A stretch of DNA of 64,000 bases. Origin: Vicugna vicugna. Lineage: Eukaryota. The position numbers were made by a program, and so were the translations under genes. Shown here piece by piece: positions 42,089-55,779 of this stretch (position 1 is its first letter; each line of letters begins with the position of its first letter). The stretch is from assembly GCA_013265495.1 (NCBI GenBank), contig MU058463.1, positions 1,077,523-1,141,522 of the forward strand, read 5' to 3'. The notes beneath the pieces are model-generated. The model was given only the letters and a program-made list of their open reading frames with translations. It was not told the DNA's origin and made no database searches.

Positions 42089-43125
42089 GAGAAGAGACAC
42101 GCGGATCAACATGGTGGAGTGGTAGGACCACAAGCTCACCTCTCCTCGCAACAACAAAACCACAACTTAATGCTAAACAACCATCAAAAAAAAAAAAAAA
42201 AAAAAAAACTGGAACCTAGCAAAAAAAGATCTTCTTCAACTGGAAACATAAAGAGGGAACCACATCAGGATGGTAGGAGGGGTGTGCTTGTGATATAATT
42301 GGGGCCCATACCCCCCAGGTGGACGGCCCACAAGCTGAAGAATAGTTAAGTCACAGAGGCCCTCCCATAGGAGAGAGAGCTCCAAACCCCATTTCAGGCT
42401 CCCTCACCTGGGTTCCAGCATTGGGAAGAGAAGGAGACCCCAGGACATCTGGTTTTGAAGGCCAGCGGGGCTTAGCTCCAGGAGCCCCATGAGACTTGGA
42501 GAAATGGAGACTCTATTTGCTTGGGAAGTGTACATGGAAACTCACATGTGCCAGGTCCAAGGGTGGAGACAGTGATTTCATTGGAACTGAGCCAGGCCTG
42601 CCTGCTAGATTTGGAAGGTCTCACAGGGGACATAAAAACTAGTGGCAGACATTCCAGGAGTGTTCATATACATGAGCTTTCCTGGAGGCTGACATCTTGA
42701 TTGGATCATTAGCACCAAGACCTAGCCCCATCCAACAGCCTGTAGGGAAGCCTCAGGCCAAACAACATACAGGATGGGAACACAGCCCCACCCATCAGCA
42801 GACTTCCTAAACCACAAAGGCCTCCAGACACCAGAGGTCCAGGACCAAGCTTCACCCAGCAGTGGGCAGGCACCAGCTCCTCCTGCCAAGAACCCTGCAT
42901 AAGCCTCTTGTCCAGCCTCATCCACCAGGGGCAGATACTAGAAATAAGAAAACAACAATCCCAAAGTCTGTGGAAGGAATCCACAAACACATAGTAAGAT
43001 AGACGATAAGAGGTGGCAAAGGAGTATTTCCCAGGCCAGGTTACACGATAAAATCCCAGAAGAAATAAGTGAAGAGGTGATAGGCGATTTATCTGAGAAA
43101 GAGTTTAAACTAATGATGGTGAAGA
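42089..43125 (+). mobile_element. Younger L1 5'UTR plus first ~40 codons of ORF1
   Basis: Begins gatcaacatggtggagt (decayed YY1-type caagatggcgg), then a GC-rich 5'UTR with an internal A23, then KRWQRSISQARLHDKIPEEISEEVIGDLSEKEFKLMMVK, an ORF1p N-terminus. Confidence 0.85.
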
Positions 43126-43604
43126 AAGTTAAAAGACATTACTAAATGAAAGAAGCCAGTCTGAAAGGCTACAAACTGTATGATTCCAACCAAATGACAT
43201 TCTGGAAAAGACACAGCTACAGAAACAATAAAAAGATCATGGTTTCCAGGGGTTTGGGGGGAGGGAGGGAGGGAGGAATGAATAGATGGAACACAAGGGA
43301 TTTTTAGGGCAATGAAATCATTCTGTGATACTACAGTAGTGGATACATGTCATTATGCATTTGTCAAAACCCATAGAATGTACAACATCAAGAGTGAGCC
43401 CTAAACTATGGACTTTGGTTGATAATAATGTGTCCATGTTGTTTCATCCATTGTACCAAACATGCCACACTGATGAGGGATGTTGAGGGTAGAGGAGTAT
43501 ATATGAGTGGGTGGGGAGGGCTATGTGTGAACTCTGTATTTTCTGCTCAATTCTGTTGTGAACCTGAAACTGCTCTAAAAAAAAACAGTCTATTAACAAA
43601 AAAA
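43126..43604 (+). mobile_element. L1MC1/2-like 3' end with A-tail
   Basis: gaaagaagccagtctgaaaggctac...ggatacatgtcattatgcatttgtcaaaacccatagaatgtacaaca...gtgaacctgaaactgctctaaaaaaaaacagtctatt. Confidence 0.88.
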
Positions 43605-44245
43605 AATTGTTTTGGTTTTCTTTAAATGCTTGGTGGAATTAACCAGTTTGGTCATTTGGATCTGGGCTTCCCTCGGTGGTAAATTTCTCATTTATTAATC
43701 ATATTTCCTTATTGGTTTTAGACCTATTAATATTTTATATTTATTCTTGATGAAGTTTTGGTAATTTTTATTTTTGAAGGTATTATCCCATTTATATAAA
43801 ATTTGTATAATTTGTTGACAGAAAGTTGTTCAAGGAATTTTATCATAAATTCTTTTAATTTCTATGTCATCAATAGTAATGTACCCTTTTCAGGCCTCAT
43901 TTTGCAATTTGTGTTTTCTTTTTTATTTTTTGGTCAGATTTGTTAAGAGTTGTGAATATTGTTCATATTTTGGTTTCACTCATTTCCTCTATTGATTTTG
44001 TTTTCTACATTAATGATTTCTAGTCTAATTTGCATTTGTTTCCCCATTATGCTTGATTTGGGTATAGATTTATCTTCCTTGCCTAGTTTACTAAGCTGGA
44101 GGACTAAGTAATTAATTTTAGTTCATTTTTCTGTTTGAAATATGTGTATGTGTATGTATGTTTAAAGATACAAATTTCATTTAAGTACTTCTTTAGCCAC
44201 ATTCCATAAATTTGGATATGTTTAGATTTTTCCATGTTTATTTTT

Positions 44246-44366
44246 ATTGAGTTGCAGTCAGTTTACAATGTTGTGTCAATTTCTGGTGTACAGCACAATT
44301 TTTCAGTCATACATGAATATACATACATTCATTTTCATATTTTTTCACCATGATCTACTACAGGAT
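44246..44366 (-). mobile_element. Very short (~120 bp) young L1 3' end with TSD
   Basis: attgagttgcagtcagtttacaatgttgtgtcaatttctggtgtacagcac. TSD ATGTTTATTTTT at 44234-44245 and 44367-44378. Confidence 0.85.
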
Positions 44367-45139
44367 ATGTTTATTTTTTATTTAGCTCAAAATGCTTTCT
44401 AATGTCTTTGATGATTTACTTGATCAACATGAGTGTTATTTAATTTTCCGTTTGTATGGATTTCTCCATGTTTATTTTTGTTAATTACTCTATTTCATTT
44501 TAAAAACATATTTTATGTGATTTCAACTCAAATCATTTGCAGCTTATTTGAGTATATGGTCTATTTTGCAGAATGTTGATGTGATGTTGAAAATTCTATG
44601 TATTGTGCTATTGTTGGGTTGAGTGCTGCTGAGAGTTTAGTTAGGTCAAATTGATGGAGTTCTTTGAGTTTTCCATATACTTGATAATTTTCTCTCCATT
44701 TTTTGTATAAACTACTGAGAAGTGTATTCAGATCTCCAACTATTAGTGTTGAGTTGTTTGTATCTTGCTTAAATTTTGTTTTTGCTTCATATATTTCATG
44801 AATCTGTTGTCAAATGTATGTTAATACCTGTTTTATCTTCTTGATTAGTTGACCTGTGCAGGTTGATTACAAAATGTTCCTTTTCTTCTCTAGTAACACT
44901 CTGTTTATTGACTCTTTTCTCTTTTCTCTTCAACTGGTTAATTAGGAGGAAAGCAGTACTTCCTAACAGAATTAAGAAACAAGATAACACAATATGTTCT
45001 ATGGAATAGAAAACATGAAAAAGCAATGGATGATCTTGACCAGTCACAACATCTTACTGTTTTCTATAACATTTTATTTATTTGATGACTGAATAACACC
45101 AACACAGATTTTCAGCTATTAAAAAATATGCTCTCATAA

Positions 45140-45340
45140 AACCGTGTTCTTCTTTGCACTTACCATAATCATAAAGTAGTACTTACTTAAGAAATTGTTT
45201 TTGTTTATCTTGTCCACTACACTGTAAGCTCAGATGGCAGGAACCATATCTGCTTTTGCTCACTATTTTACTTCTAGTGTTTAGGCTGAGAAGCATGTGG
45301 TAGGTATTTATTAAAACACTCAATTAGTGAATAAATAATT
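45140..45340 (+). mobile_element. L2a-like 3' end
   Basis: actgtaagctcagatggcaggaaccatatctgcttttgctcact...gtggtaggtatt...gtgaataaataa. Confidence 0.8.
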
Positions 45341-45386
45341 CTCCTTGTTTACAATGGCATGTCTCAATTTCCAAATAAGAAATGAG

Positions 45387-46763
45387 TGTGATGTAATAGC
45401 TACTATCCATGCCTCACCAAGATTCCCACATCATGTAATATTTCTGTGCATTCCAAACAAGATTCCAACTCTCAGCATCCACAAGTCTGCAAGAAGTTTT
45501 TTTCTGGCCCCTGGTGTCTGTTCATCAAAGTTGAAAGCCTGAAGTGCTAGGGAAGGAACGTTCCCTCCCAGGAATGGCTCTTAATTGATATATCACAGGG
45601 TTGGAGGGTAAATTTCTAAATTCCTTTCCTGTTTGGTGGTCTAATTCTTTTTTTTTTAACATTTTTTATTGATTTATAATCATTTTACAATGTTGTGTCA
45701 AATTCCAGTATAGAGCACAATTTTTCAGTTATACATGAACATATATATATTCATTGTCACATTTTTTTCTCTGTAAGCTACCATAAGATCTTATGTATAT
45801 TTCCCTGTGCTACACAGTATAATATTGTCTATCTATTCTGCAATTTTGAAATCCTGTCTATCCCATCCCACCGTCTGTCCCCTTGGCAACCACAAGTTTG
45901 TATTCTATCTATATGAGTCTGTTTCTGTTTTGTATTTATCCTTTGTTTGTTTTGTTTGTTTGTTTGTTTCGTATGTGTTTTTTAGATTCCACATATGAGT
46001 GATCTCATATGGTATTTTTCTTTCTCTTTTTGCCTTCTTCACTTAGAATGACATTCTCCAGGAGCATCAATATTGCTGCAAATGGCGTTATATTGTCGGT
46101 TTTTATGGCTGAGTAGTATTCCACTGTATAAATATACCACCTGTTCTTTATCCAGTCATCTGTTGATGGACATTTAGGCAGTCTCTACATCTTGGCTATT
46201 GTAAATAGTGCTGCTATGAACATTGGGGCGCAGGTGTCATCCTGAAGTAGGGTTCCTTCTGGATATATGCCCAGGAGTGGGATTCCTGGGTCATACAGTC
46301 AGTATATTCCTAGTCTTTTGAGGAATCTCCATACTGTTTTCCATAGTGGCTGCACCAAACTGCATTCCCACCAGCAGTGTAGGAGGGTTCCCCTTTCTCC
46401 ACAGCCTCTCCAGCATTTGTCATTTGTGGATTTTTGAATGATGGCCATTCTGACTCGTGTGAGGTGATACCTCATTGTAGTTTTGATTTGCATTTCTCTG
46501 ATAATTAGTGATGTTGAGCATTTTTTCATGTGTCTATTGATCTGAAGACTGTGTTCTCTAGACTGATAGCAGAACTCACAGCATGATTAAACTCCATTTC
46601 CCACAGAGGAAACTTGTTCAATCACAGCCTCTCTATTGGCTTCTGTTCTTTCCTGTCTCAATTTTCTTGTTTAGTATTGGCATTTGGGGGAAGGATCATG
46701 TCTCAAATAAACTACCTGTATTGGAATTCTTAAGATTAATGCTGAGGGAACTGAAATTAAATC
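45387..46763 (+). mobile_element. LTR16-like ERVL solo LTR split by an L1
   Basis: cctgaagtgctagggaag...ctcccagga...[L1]...tgtgttct...tattggcttc...ctcaaataaactacctgta...gggaactgaaattaaatca. Confidence 0.7.
45648..46541 (-). mobile_element. Young 5'-truncated L1 3' end
   Basis: Poly-T, then aacattttttattgatttataatcattttacaatg. Minus [26 protein letters not shown]...[25 protein letters not shown]. Confidence 0.95.
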
Positions 46764-49174
46764 AGAACCAATTCTTAGACTTGGCAAACAGAAAGACTTA
46801 GAATGAGATTTATCATTATAATCTTATTCTTGCCCAGGAATTTTTGTTTTGTGATAGAACAATTTTGTTAATTATACTAATGAAACTTTTGTGCGATAGC
46901 ATATATTCTTGATTATTTTTACAGTAATAAGAGAAAGCAGCAATTCACATACTCACAGAAAAACATGTCTTCCAGTTCCCTACACTTAAAAAAACACACT
47001 GGGTATTGGTTTCATTAGTTTTTTGAAATCCTGCAAAGTTACTATGTTACTCATCTTTCTGTTCACTAGTCCATCCATCCAGGGAGCAGTCCATTCCATT
47101 CAATGACCCATTTATCCACCTAGCCTTCAAATGATGTTTACTTGAACGGCTAAGGTGGGTAATACGTATATTTTCCTAATAGTTCACAATGGCTTACTGC
47201 TAGAAGGAAACAAGAATTTTGAGGATTATATGCTAGAGAAGCTACATCTACCATTGTTATTTCAGCCCACAAATTATTTGAATTTGTATTTTAATATGAA
47301 TTTGCTCAAGAAAGGTATATTACGTGTATCAGCATATTTCATTACAATAAATCCCTCTTTAAAACTGCCATGGATTGTGAAAATCATGCTGAAAAACCAG
47401 TCATCAAAAAGCATGTGAAAGCTCATGTTTGAACAAATAATTATAACTTTTCACAAATAAGATGCATCTAATTTGTCTAATAATTTAAAAGAGGCCAGGA
47501 AAATAAAACTATAAAACGCCAGCCCTTACCTTGTGACTATCTGAAATTTTCCTTAATAGATACAAAATAAAGTAGTCTTGCCTTTAATAGAAAGTGAGTG
47601 TCCTCTAGATTGCATGCTACTTTCTGAATCACATCTTTATTTCACTGGAATCAGTGATACCAAGATGTTTCCATGCTAGTATATCAAATTTACTAGTTTG
47701 ACATATATATAGTAGTCATATAACACACAAACTTTATTGTCAAAAAATGGATGCAGGAGTTAGGATGAATATTGCCTGCAGTCAATCCACAAAAGTTGTT
47801 GTGGCTATTGTGAGATGTATGAACTACATTTCAAACTTCTATTTGTCTCCATATCATTCATTTCATTGCACAGCAGATTATACTTTTTAAATGTTTCCAG
47901 TTGGTTTTACAAAATAGGCAACATCAAGGGTACTGCATGCTTAGAAAATGCTAAGGAGATATATAGAGCATTTACAGTAACATTGAGGGCACTTCCCAGT
48001 TACACATTTCCAAGAATATCAGACATTCTTTCTTGCATCCCGGCTGTAAATTAGGATAGTTAATTCGTGAAGTGCTTTAAAATGTTGTATCTCTGTATAT
48101 GTGAAGCACTGTAGATCACTGATAATGATGAATATTGTTATTCCTTAAATTTTTAAAAAGACAACTAATATGCCAAAAGGCAGATGTGAAAAAAAAAATC
48201 AGAATGAGATTGTGCTTTCATTAAACCTTATGGCTAAGTTTGTTTTTGTGCTTCATTTTATTTTTAATGGAAGAATGTTAATTCAAACACTCAGAAGAAT
48301 TAAACAGAAATGATCTGGGATATTCTAATTATAGGACATATGTTTCTTAAGTAAAATTATAAGAATAAGTTTCTTAGATGCAGCATTTAGTGAAGTGTCA
48401 ATCCCAAAGATAGATTTATCAAGGAGATACTTTTCTTGTTAAAAAAAAAAATATGATCTTGTGGCAATTCACATTTACATTTTAAAATTATTTTTTCTTA
48501 TACATGTGAAGTTGTCAATAACTAAAATAAGGCCTGCCCACCAGCATCTCACACTTTCTGTAAGGTACAGTATAGACATTCCAAAAGATTCTTTACCAAG
48601 TAAGAAAATAGGCAGGGACAGATGTGCAGAGATTTTCCATGGTCTGTCTGGAAGTTCTGCTTTCTTCCTCAGAGAGGAAGAGAACAAATAAGAGTGAGGT
48701 GGTGAGGGAGAGAAAACAGAAAGCATCTGTTTCAAGTAAATGGGTCTGGACTTGTTTCAGAATGTGTGGAGGGAAGTAAAAGAGTGACAGGCAGTGGTTT
48801 CAGCTTCCTAAATGTCACTGTTTGATGTGAAGTAGAATAGGAAGTTATTTCTTCAGACGTGAAAGGGGAAACTGAAAATGAAAACAATTTTGGTAGTTTT
48901 CTAGTTAATCCAGGGGGACAGAGAGAGGGAGAGAAATCCCCCCAAAATAAGCACTACAACATGAGCTAGTTGGCTAGCTGAACATCCCTTCTGAAGGCTG
49001 TCACCTGAAACGTGTCTAATAATAATCAAAACAGTACATCCTACCTGGTGCCAAGCAGTCTAACCAGTGAAATCATCATGGATGTAATCTAGAGGATAGA
49101 GAAGAAAAATTGGATAAACACGTTGATCCCCTCAAATGACTCTTCTATGCTTATTTTTTACATTCATCAGCTTC

Positions 49175-49320
49175 TTTAACAGCTTTAAAAGTGAGGAATA
49201 ATTATCCTGATGTATTGATGAGAAAACTAAAACTCAGATGATTTAAATAGTTGGCCCAAGGTGAATGATATTTTAATGAGTTCTAACTCCTGAATTCTGC
49301 CACCTATACTATTCTTCTCT
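49175..49320 (-). mobile_element. MIR SINE
   Basis: attatcctgatgtattgatgagaaaactaaaactcagatgatttaaatagttggcccaaggt is a MIR core. Confidence 0.75.
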
Positions 49321-49429
49321 CTTTCCATCTTTGGTTGGGAACATCAGTTATTTAGCATTTATATTTTTCTGTCACAGAAAACAAAAGGACAACTATAAAT
49401 CTTTTAAATCTCAAAAGTATCACAGAATG

Positions 49430-50420
49430 AAACTACGTGTATCTTAGCTATGCAAAATTTTCACATGATTTAGTAAAATCTCAGATGCTAAGGCCCTAGG
49501 TGGATTGTTTGCAGATCAGAAGCCTGGGAAAGAATCTGTTGATGATTACACTATTCAAGGAGAAAGGTTATCGGATTATAAGGCTCATGGGCCAGTGACC
49601 TGGCATTGGCACAAAGCCACTAAACCAGCAGGTCACAGGGTTTGAGAATGACTGCATCCTTCTGTGATCTAGAGAGGCAAGCAGAGAGGACTGACATGGA
49701 TGTCCACAGCTTCTGCATGGATAACTGAGATCCCTTTCGAATGACATTCTGATGAGGAGGCTAGGATGACCTTCTTCAGGAGCAAAAAGCCAGTAATTCT
49801 GTAGCATGCTGCTCTCCAACCACACCACCTCAAGAAGAATCTTGAGGAATAGCTGGTAGACAAGTGGATCTCAATGGAATATCATTCAAAAGTGTAAATC
49901 AAGAAGATTCTTACACTTGAGAAAGCTAACAAAGACTTTCTCAGTGAGAAAGTCTCTGCTTCTCTCTAGGGGAAAGGAAACCCAGAAAACTGGAGTCCAG
50001 TTGGCAGCAACAGAAGGAAGCAAATGGAGCCTGCCCGAGCCTTGTGGCAACAGCAAACTCCAGGGCAGGATCCAAACCGAGACCAGGTTCTTATCATTTA
50101 TGGATGAAACCAAATTATAATGCAAAAATTAAATTTTGAAATGCCAGAGTGTGGACTGGCTTTCAGAAATGCCTCAAAGCAGACTTCAAAGCCCTGTCTG
50201 TGTTGTTAAATTGCTTCATTTTCCCTATGTGCATGTAAGATAGGTATTTTATAAGCAAGGAATATAACCGTAATGTTTGTAAATGTAACTTGAATGGCAT
50301 GTTTTGCAAGCCATGTATCATAGTTTTGAATATCTACTTCTAGAAGACAAGATTCTTTTTTGTAATATCACTACATTTTTGAAATGCAAGTATTCTGGTT
50401 GGGTAACACCTATTAAAAAG
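49430..50420 (+). pseudogene. Possible decayed processed pseudogene (unidentified)
   Basis: Purine-rich, GC-elevated block, not a repeat I recognise, ending in ...RFLSFMDETKL* (50120). Followed by UTR-like sequence and ATTAAA at 50412-50417. No parent gene recognised. Confidence 0.25.
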
Positions 50421-52251
50421 TCAACACTGAGATGTTTTTAACCTTTTATCCTGATAGGAGACCAGAAATATTTCTTATATTATCTAGAAATGGGAAAGAG
50501 GGAAATTTGAAAGCTTCTGTCTGTTGTGGTGAGGAAGCAGGCAGGTATTACATCATCAGGGGACACATGATGGTTGAAAATAAACTAACAGAGCACTTCA
50601 AAGTCTGGTCTTGTTTAGATTCAGTGGGAACCTTAGCTTCTTCAAAGGGTCTTGCAGTACTTTGAGTAGGGGAGGTGTATATTCTCAACCATTTAAATTC
50701 TAAATCTGTACTAAGTGACTTCTAGCTTCATAGCCTTACGTTAGCCTAGGGACAAGGTGCAGGATGCTCAAGGTTTCTTTCTCCACAAACCAAATGATGA
50801 TGTGCCTGTGATAAAAATAATATGATCCTTGAATAGGCAACATGAACATTACTGAAAATTATTTCGTTAACAAATATTTTATAGGTGGTTATTTCATATT
50901 AAAGATATTATAATATCTTCTCTTACAAATTAACAGCATTAGTCCTAAGCAAATTCATACTATTTTAACTAAAAAAACTCCTGTGGTAAAAATATTATAT
51001 TCAGACCCCCAAAAGCCCAAATTTTATCAATATTTGTTAAAATTCTGTTCTACTAACATGGCTAAATAAATGTAAGAGCATATGTTCTTTGGCCCTCAGT
51101 GAAGATAGCCAAGCATATTTTAAGAGACTGTTCATGTCTCTTAAATGCAGACAAATAAGGGGCTAGTAAAGCATTAAAGCTACATAATTCACCATGGCTC
51201 ATTTGCACAGAAAATTATAGAACTTGGAGGTCCTGGGTGCAAAGCAAGTGCATATTAGCATTAGACAGACATGAAACACTGAAGTCCAGAGATCATTTGG
51301 CTGCAATATTATTGCCTAGATGCCAGTGTATGCTCTTGTAACACAATGAGTCTAATAATAATATAAAAATATATTTGTCGGATTCTAAATGAATGAACAT
51401 TCAGTTTAAATAGCTGGCATCTGTGTAATGATTCAGAAAAAATGTATTTATTTAGCCAATTTTATGTTTAAATCATTACTCCTAATTAAGCAGCAGTTGC
51501 AAATTTTCCACGGAATAAATAACACTGTGACTGCAGAAAGATGAGAAAAAAAGCAAATATGGCTTCATCTCATCAAATGAAAAAAATAAGTTTATAATAA
51601 TTGTTTTACGTGAAGAGTTGTAATGGGATAATTGAATGAGATAACTGATGATTGGGAGGCCAAACTCATGAAGTTCACTGAGCATTCCTGTAGTAACTCA
51701 TTCAACAAAGTTTGACAAAACCTCTTATGTAAAATTTATGTTGCAATTTGTTAACACTGAAAATATTCCTAAAATCCTTTATAGTCTCAATGTGCTATAT
51801 TTCAATGATTAATTAGCAAAGGGTAAATAATTTTCTAAAGGTGAAAAGAATGATACAGGTAAAGGTGTCCTTTTGTTACAGAGTCTGTATGGGCACAACA
51901 TAGAATTCTGTGTGCATGAAAAAGCAGTAGTAGGTGTTCATTTGGTTTATCTTAATGACAGTGGAGAGTAAAATAGAATAATGAGTTATCCTCTATAGTC
52001 TACACATTTTACTTCAGAACTTTTATAAATTTGTAAAATTTCCAACACATATTGCCATCACTAATACTCCCACAATCCCCGACCTCCCACAAAATGTCAA
52101 GGATTTGTGGTTAAATAATGTGTTCTCTTTGGATGTTAAATAATTGTGTATCATAAAAGGAATCTAAACATCTTCCTTGCTTTAATGTTTCATTATTTGT
52201 AGTTTTGCATTATATCTACAATAGCCGACCAAAGGAGAATTTCAACAGTTG

Positions 52252-52823
52252 TGCAGGAGGCATGTCTAAATGGCTCCAGTGACTCCTGCCTCATTATACT
52301 TAAGTCCCTGTGTGATCCTTTCCCCTTAAGTATGGGCTGGATTTATTAACTCACTTCTAATAAATGGGCTATGGCAAAAGTTTGAGATGTCCCTGTAAAG
52401 ATTAGGTTACGCAAAGACTATACATTCTATCTTAGTCCCCACTCCTTCTCATATATACACTTTCTCTAAGGGAAAAGAGTGCCATGTTTTGAGCTGCCCT
52501 ATGGACAAAGAAGGTAGGAAGCCTCTGTCCAATAGCCAATGAGGAAATGAGGCCCTCAGTCCAACAGCTCACAAGGACTAAATCCTGTGAACAACCATGT
52601 GAGTTAGTCTGGGAAGTAGATCCTCTTCCTGTCTGGCCCTCAGCTGAGACTGCAGCCCCGACCCTGGCTCCCATTTTGACCTCAATCTTATGTGAGAGCT
52701 TAAGACAGAGACATTCAGCTTTGTCCAGATTCCTAATACACAGAAACTGATATAACCAATGTTTGTTGCTTTAGCTGCTAAGTTTCAGGGTAATATATTA
52801 TGAAGAAAGAGATAACTCACACA
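52252..52823 (+). mobile_element. MaLR solo LTR, MLT1F-like, with perfect 5-bp TSD
   Basis: TG...CA ends. gagctgccctatgg, tgaggccctcagtccaacagc, gagactgcagcccc, cagaaactg, gataactcacaca. TSD AGTTG at 52247-52251 and 52824-52828. Confidence 0.92.
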
Positions 52824-55043
52824 AGTTGCTTGTAGGTTGCCAGTTTTCATTTTTCCCAATGATGACATTTATAAAATTGTATAGCTCCTGACACTTGCCT
52901 TCACTTTCACATCCTGAGTTCTCAACCACTTAAAAATATATTCAACATGGGTGAATTCAGATGAACTAAACCCATAAGAAATCAAGACAATACTTCGAAT
53001 GTTAGTAAGAATTAAAACTGCTAAGAAATGGAACTGTCAAGACTTTGGCATTATACTGTTTTCATATAAATACTACAAACAGAAAAAACTGTGTTGATTT
53101 CAAATATTCAACTTCAGAAAAAAGCACTTTTTTTGTTTCCCTCAATTTCAAATTTTGAATATTAAATACTTGTAGTGTAATACCAGAAATAATTACATAT
53201 TCTGCCTTTAAAAAAATGGCTAATCACAAACAATTCATTAAAATAAGATGCACTGAAAATAGTTTGGTGTACTATTTTGAAACCGATCTTGTAAGTGCTG
53301 GTGGATAGAAAGCGTTCTCTATATCTACATTAGCCATGTTTAGCCATGTGGCTCCTGTATGCTCTAAGAAGTTGTTATACTTGTACGAAAAGAAGATACT
53401 GGTAGAATTAAATGAACAACAAAGAGAAGTGATACATTTATTATTTTTTTTTAATTTAAGAAAGCATGACTGCTTTTAGTTGACTTTTAAGTTGCCAGCA
53501 ACAGGGCATGCAAAGGATGGAAAATGGTATTACTAATCAAGGTTTGAATTATAGCTGTAACAAACAGACTTTCATGACCTGGGTAGAGACAAAGATAACA
53601 GAAAACCAAAGGGCAAAAGTAAATGCACATTTTAAGGGAGAAAGAAAAACTTGGTGCTTGAAAGAAACTGAAAATATTCCACCTTATTCAGAGCCTTGAG
53701 GCAAACAATAACTTAGTTGAAGCTGCTAAAAAGAATAGCCCACAGGGAAAGACAAAGGGAGCGTGACTGTTCTCCAGGATACCTGGAATGTATGACCAAT
53801 TCAGTTAATTGCCTATTTTGAGTTTTATGGGCATGAATCTTAACTTATAAGCTTGGGGATAAAATAAATGTCAAATCCTAATTTTTTATTTAATCTAGTA
53901 AACTTCAACTAGTGTCTTGCATGTTTGCTGGAAATCTCAATTTACTAATAGAGCTTCTTTATCTTCCTTGGGGCCTGTGCAGTAATTCAGAAACCAACGC
54001 TTCAGTAGGACAATTAAGCATAAATTTTTTCGGCTGATCCCATTATCCCTGAAGCTTAATGTCCAGTCTACTTGGATGCATTATGCAACCATTCCCCTTT
54101 GAGGCCTTGCTAGCTCCTTAGGATGTGAATATAAAACAGGGCGTGAGCCAGTGATACACAAACCTCTCTGATCTCAACAATCTTTTAAGAAAAAAACGTA
54201 AAGTAGAAACCTGTGCACTTTCCTGCTATTCTAAAGGGTGTTCTAAGTCTTTTACTTTGTGGATAATGCCCCATAGCATGAGAAATAAAGAGAAAAAAAT
54301 ACAGGAAGGTAGGTTGTACAAGTTTTACAACTTGTTAAATATGAATGCTCTCTGAGGTAAGAGAGCACTGGAGGCCTACCATATTCAAATGGACTGGAAA
54401 GGGGAAAAAACCACACAGACAGAAGAAAACATAAATTAGCATAAAAATAAACATTTACACTATACCTCTACAAGGTTGTAATAAGTGTGATGAGTACTAG
54501 AAAGATGAAAGATATAATCCTTAGCTTTAATAAACTTAAAATATAGAAATATTGGATATTTATACAATGTATAGTATAACATTTAAAAAATAGATTCTGA
54601 AAAATATTTTGAAAGCATAATGCAAGAGATCAGAAATCATTTAGGGCTTTGAAGAATAGATATGACATTGACAAATGAGATAGGGTTTAAGGTACCCTAA
54701 GTAGCTTAAAAAAGGGGTAATGAAGGCCAGAGTAAGAACAAAATTTGAAAAATATACTATATAAGACGAATATTTACTCAGAAAGAGAACTGGTCCACTG
54801 ATAGATACTTGTTTTAGAATGGATACCCTAGAAAATACACTCTGGGGAAAACCTTATGAATTAATAATTTATGAGGAGGTTCAAACCCAAGAATGCAGTA
54901 TTGATTGAAAAGTTAATGAGACTGAGAAAGAAGGGGAACAATTTTGGAGCTGCATATTGAACCAGCTACCACTTTTTTTAATTTTGTGTAACTTACTCAG
55001 CTTCTCAGAAATGTTTATCTAGGAACCTATATTAATTTCTGGA

Positions 55044-55779
55044 GGCTGTCATTCAAAAATCCAAAAATGACAAATGCTGGAGAGGCTGTGGAGAAAGGGG
55101 AACCCTCCTACACTGCTGGTGGGAATGCAGTTTGGTGCAGCCACTATGGAAAACAGTATGGAGATTCCTCAAAAGACTAGGAATAGACTTACCATATGAC
55201 CCAGGAATCCCACTCCTGGGCTTGTATCCAGAAGGAAATCTACTTCAGGATGACACCTGCACCCCAATGTTCATAGCAGCACTATTTACAATAGCCAAAA
55301 CATGGAAACAGCCTAAATGTCCATCAACAGGTGACTGGATAAAGAAGAGGTGGTATATTTATACAATGGAATACTACTCAGCCATAAAAACCGACAACAT
55401 AATGCCATTTGCAGCAACATGGATGCTCCTAGAGAATGTCATTCTAAGTGAAGTAAGCCAGAAAGAGAAAGAAAAATACCATATGAGATCGCTCATATGT
55501 GGAATATATAGACTCATGGACAGAGAATACAGACTTGTGGTTACCAGGGGGGTAGAGGGTGGGAAGGGATAGACTGGGATTTCAAAATTGTAGAATAGAT
55601 AAACAAGATTACACTGTATAGCACAGGGAAATATACACAAAATGTTATGATAAATCACAGAGAAAAAAATGTGACAATGAGTGTGTATATGTCCATGAAT
55701 GACTGAAAAATTGTGCTGAACACTGGAATTTGACACAACATTGTAAAATGATTATAAATAATAAAAAATGTTTAAAAAA
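55044..55779 (+). mobile_element. Young 5'-truncated L1 3' end with TSD
   Basis: Uninterrupted ORF2 C-terminal frame [13 protein letters not shown]...[22 protein letters not shown]...MEYYSAIK...FAATWM. TSD AATTTCTGGA at 55034-55043 and 55780-55789. Confidence 0.96.

Larger units (their letters stand above)
41811..44910 (-). mobile_element. Old L1M ORF2 (antisense), interrupted at 42089-43604 and 44246-44366
   Basis: ctggtttaggtatcaggataatactggcttcccagagtgagctgagaagtgtt...[insert]...ttctttaaatgcttggtggaattaaccag...tctccaactattagtgttgagttg. Confidence 0.8.
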
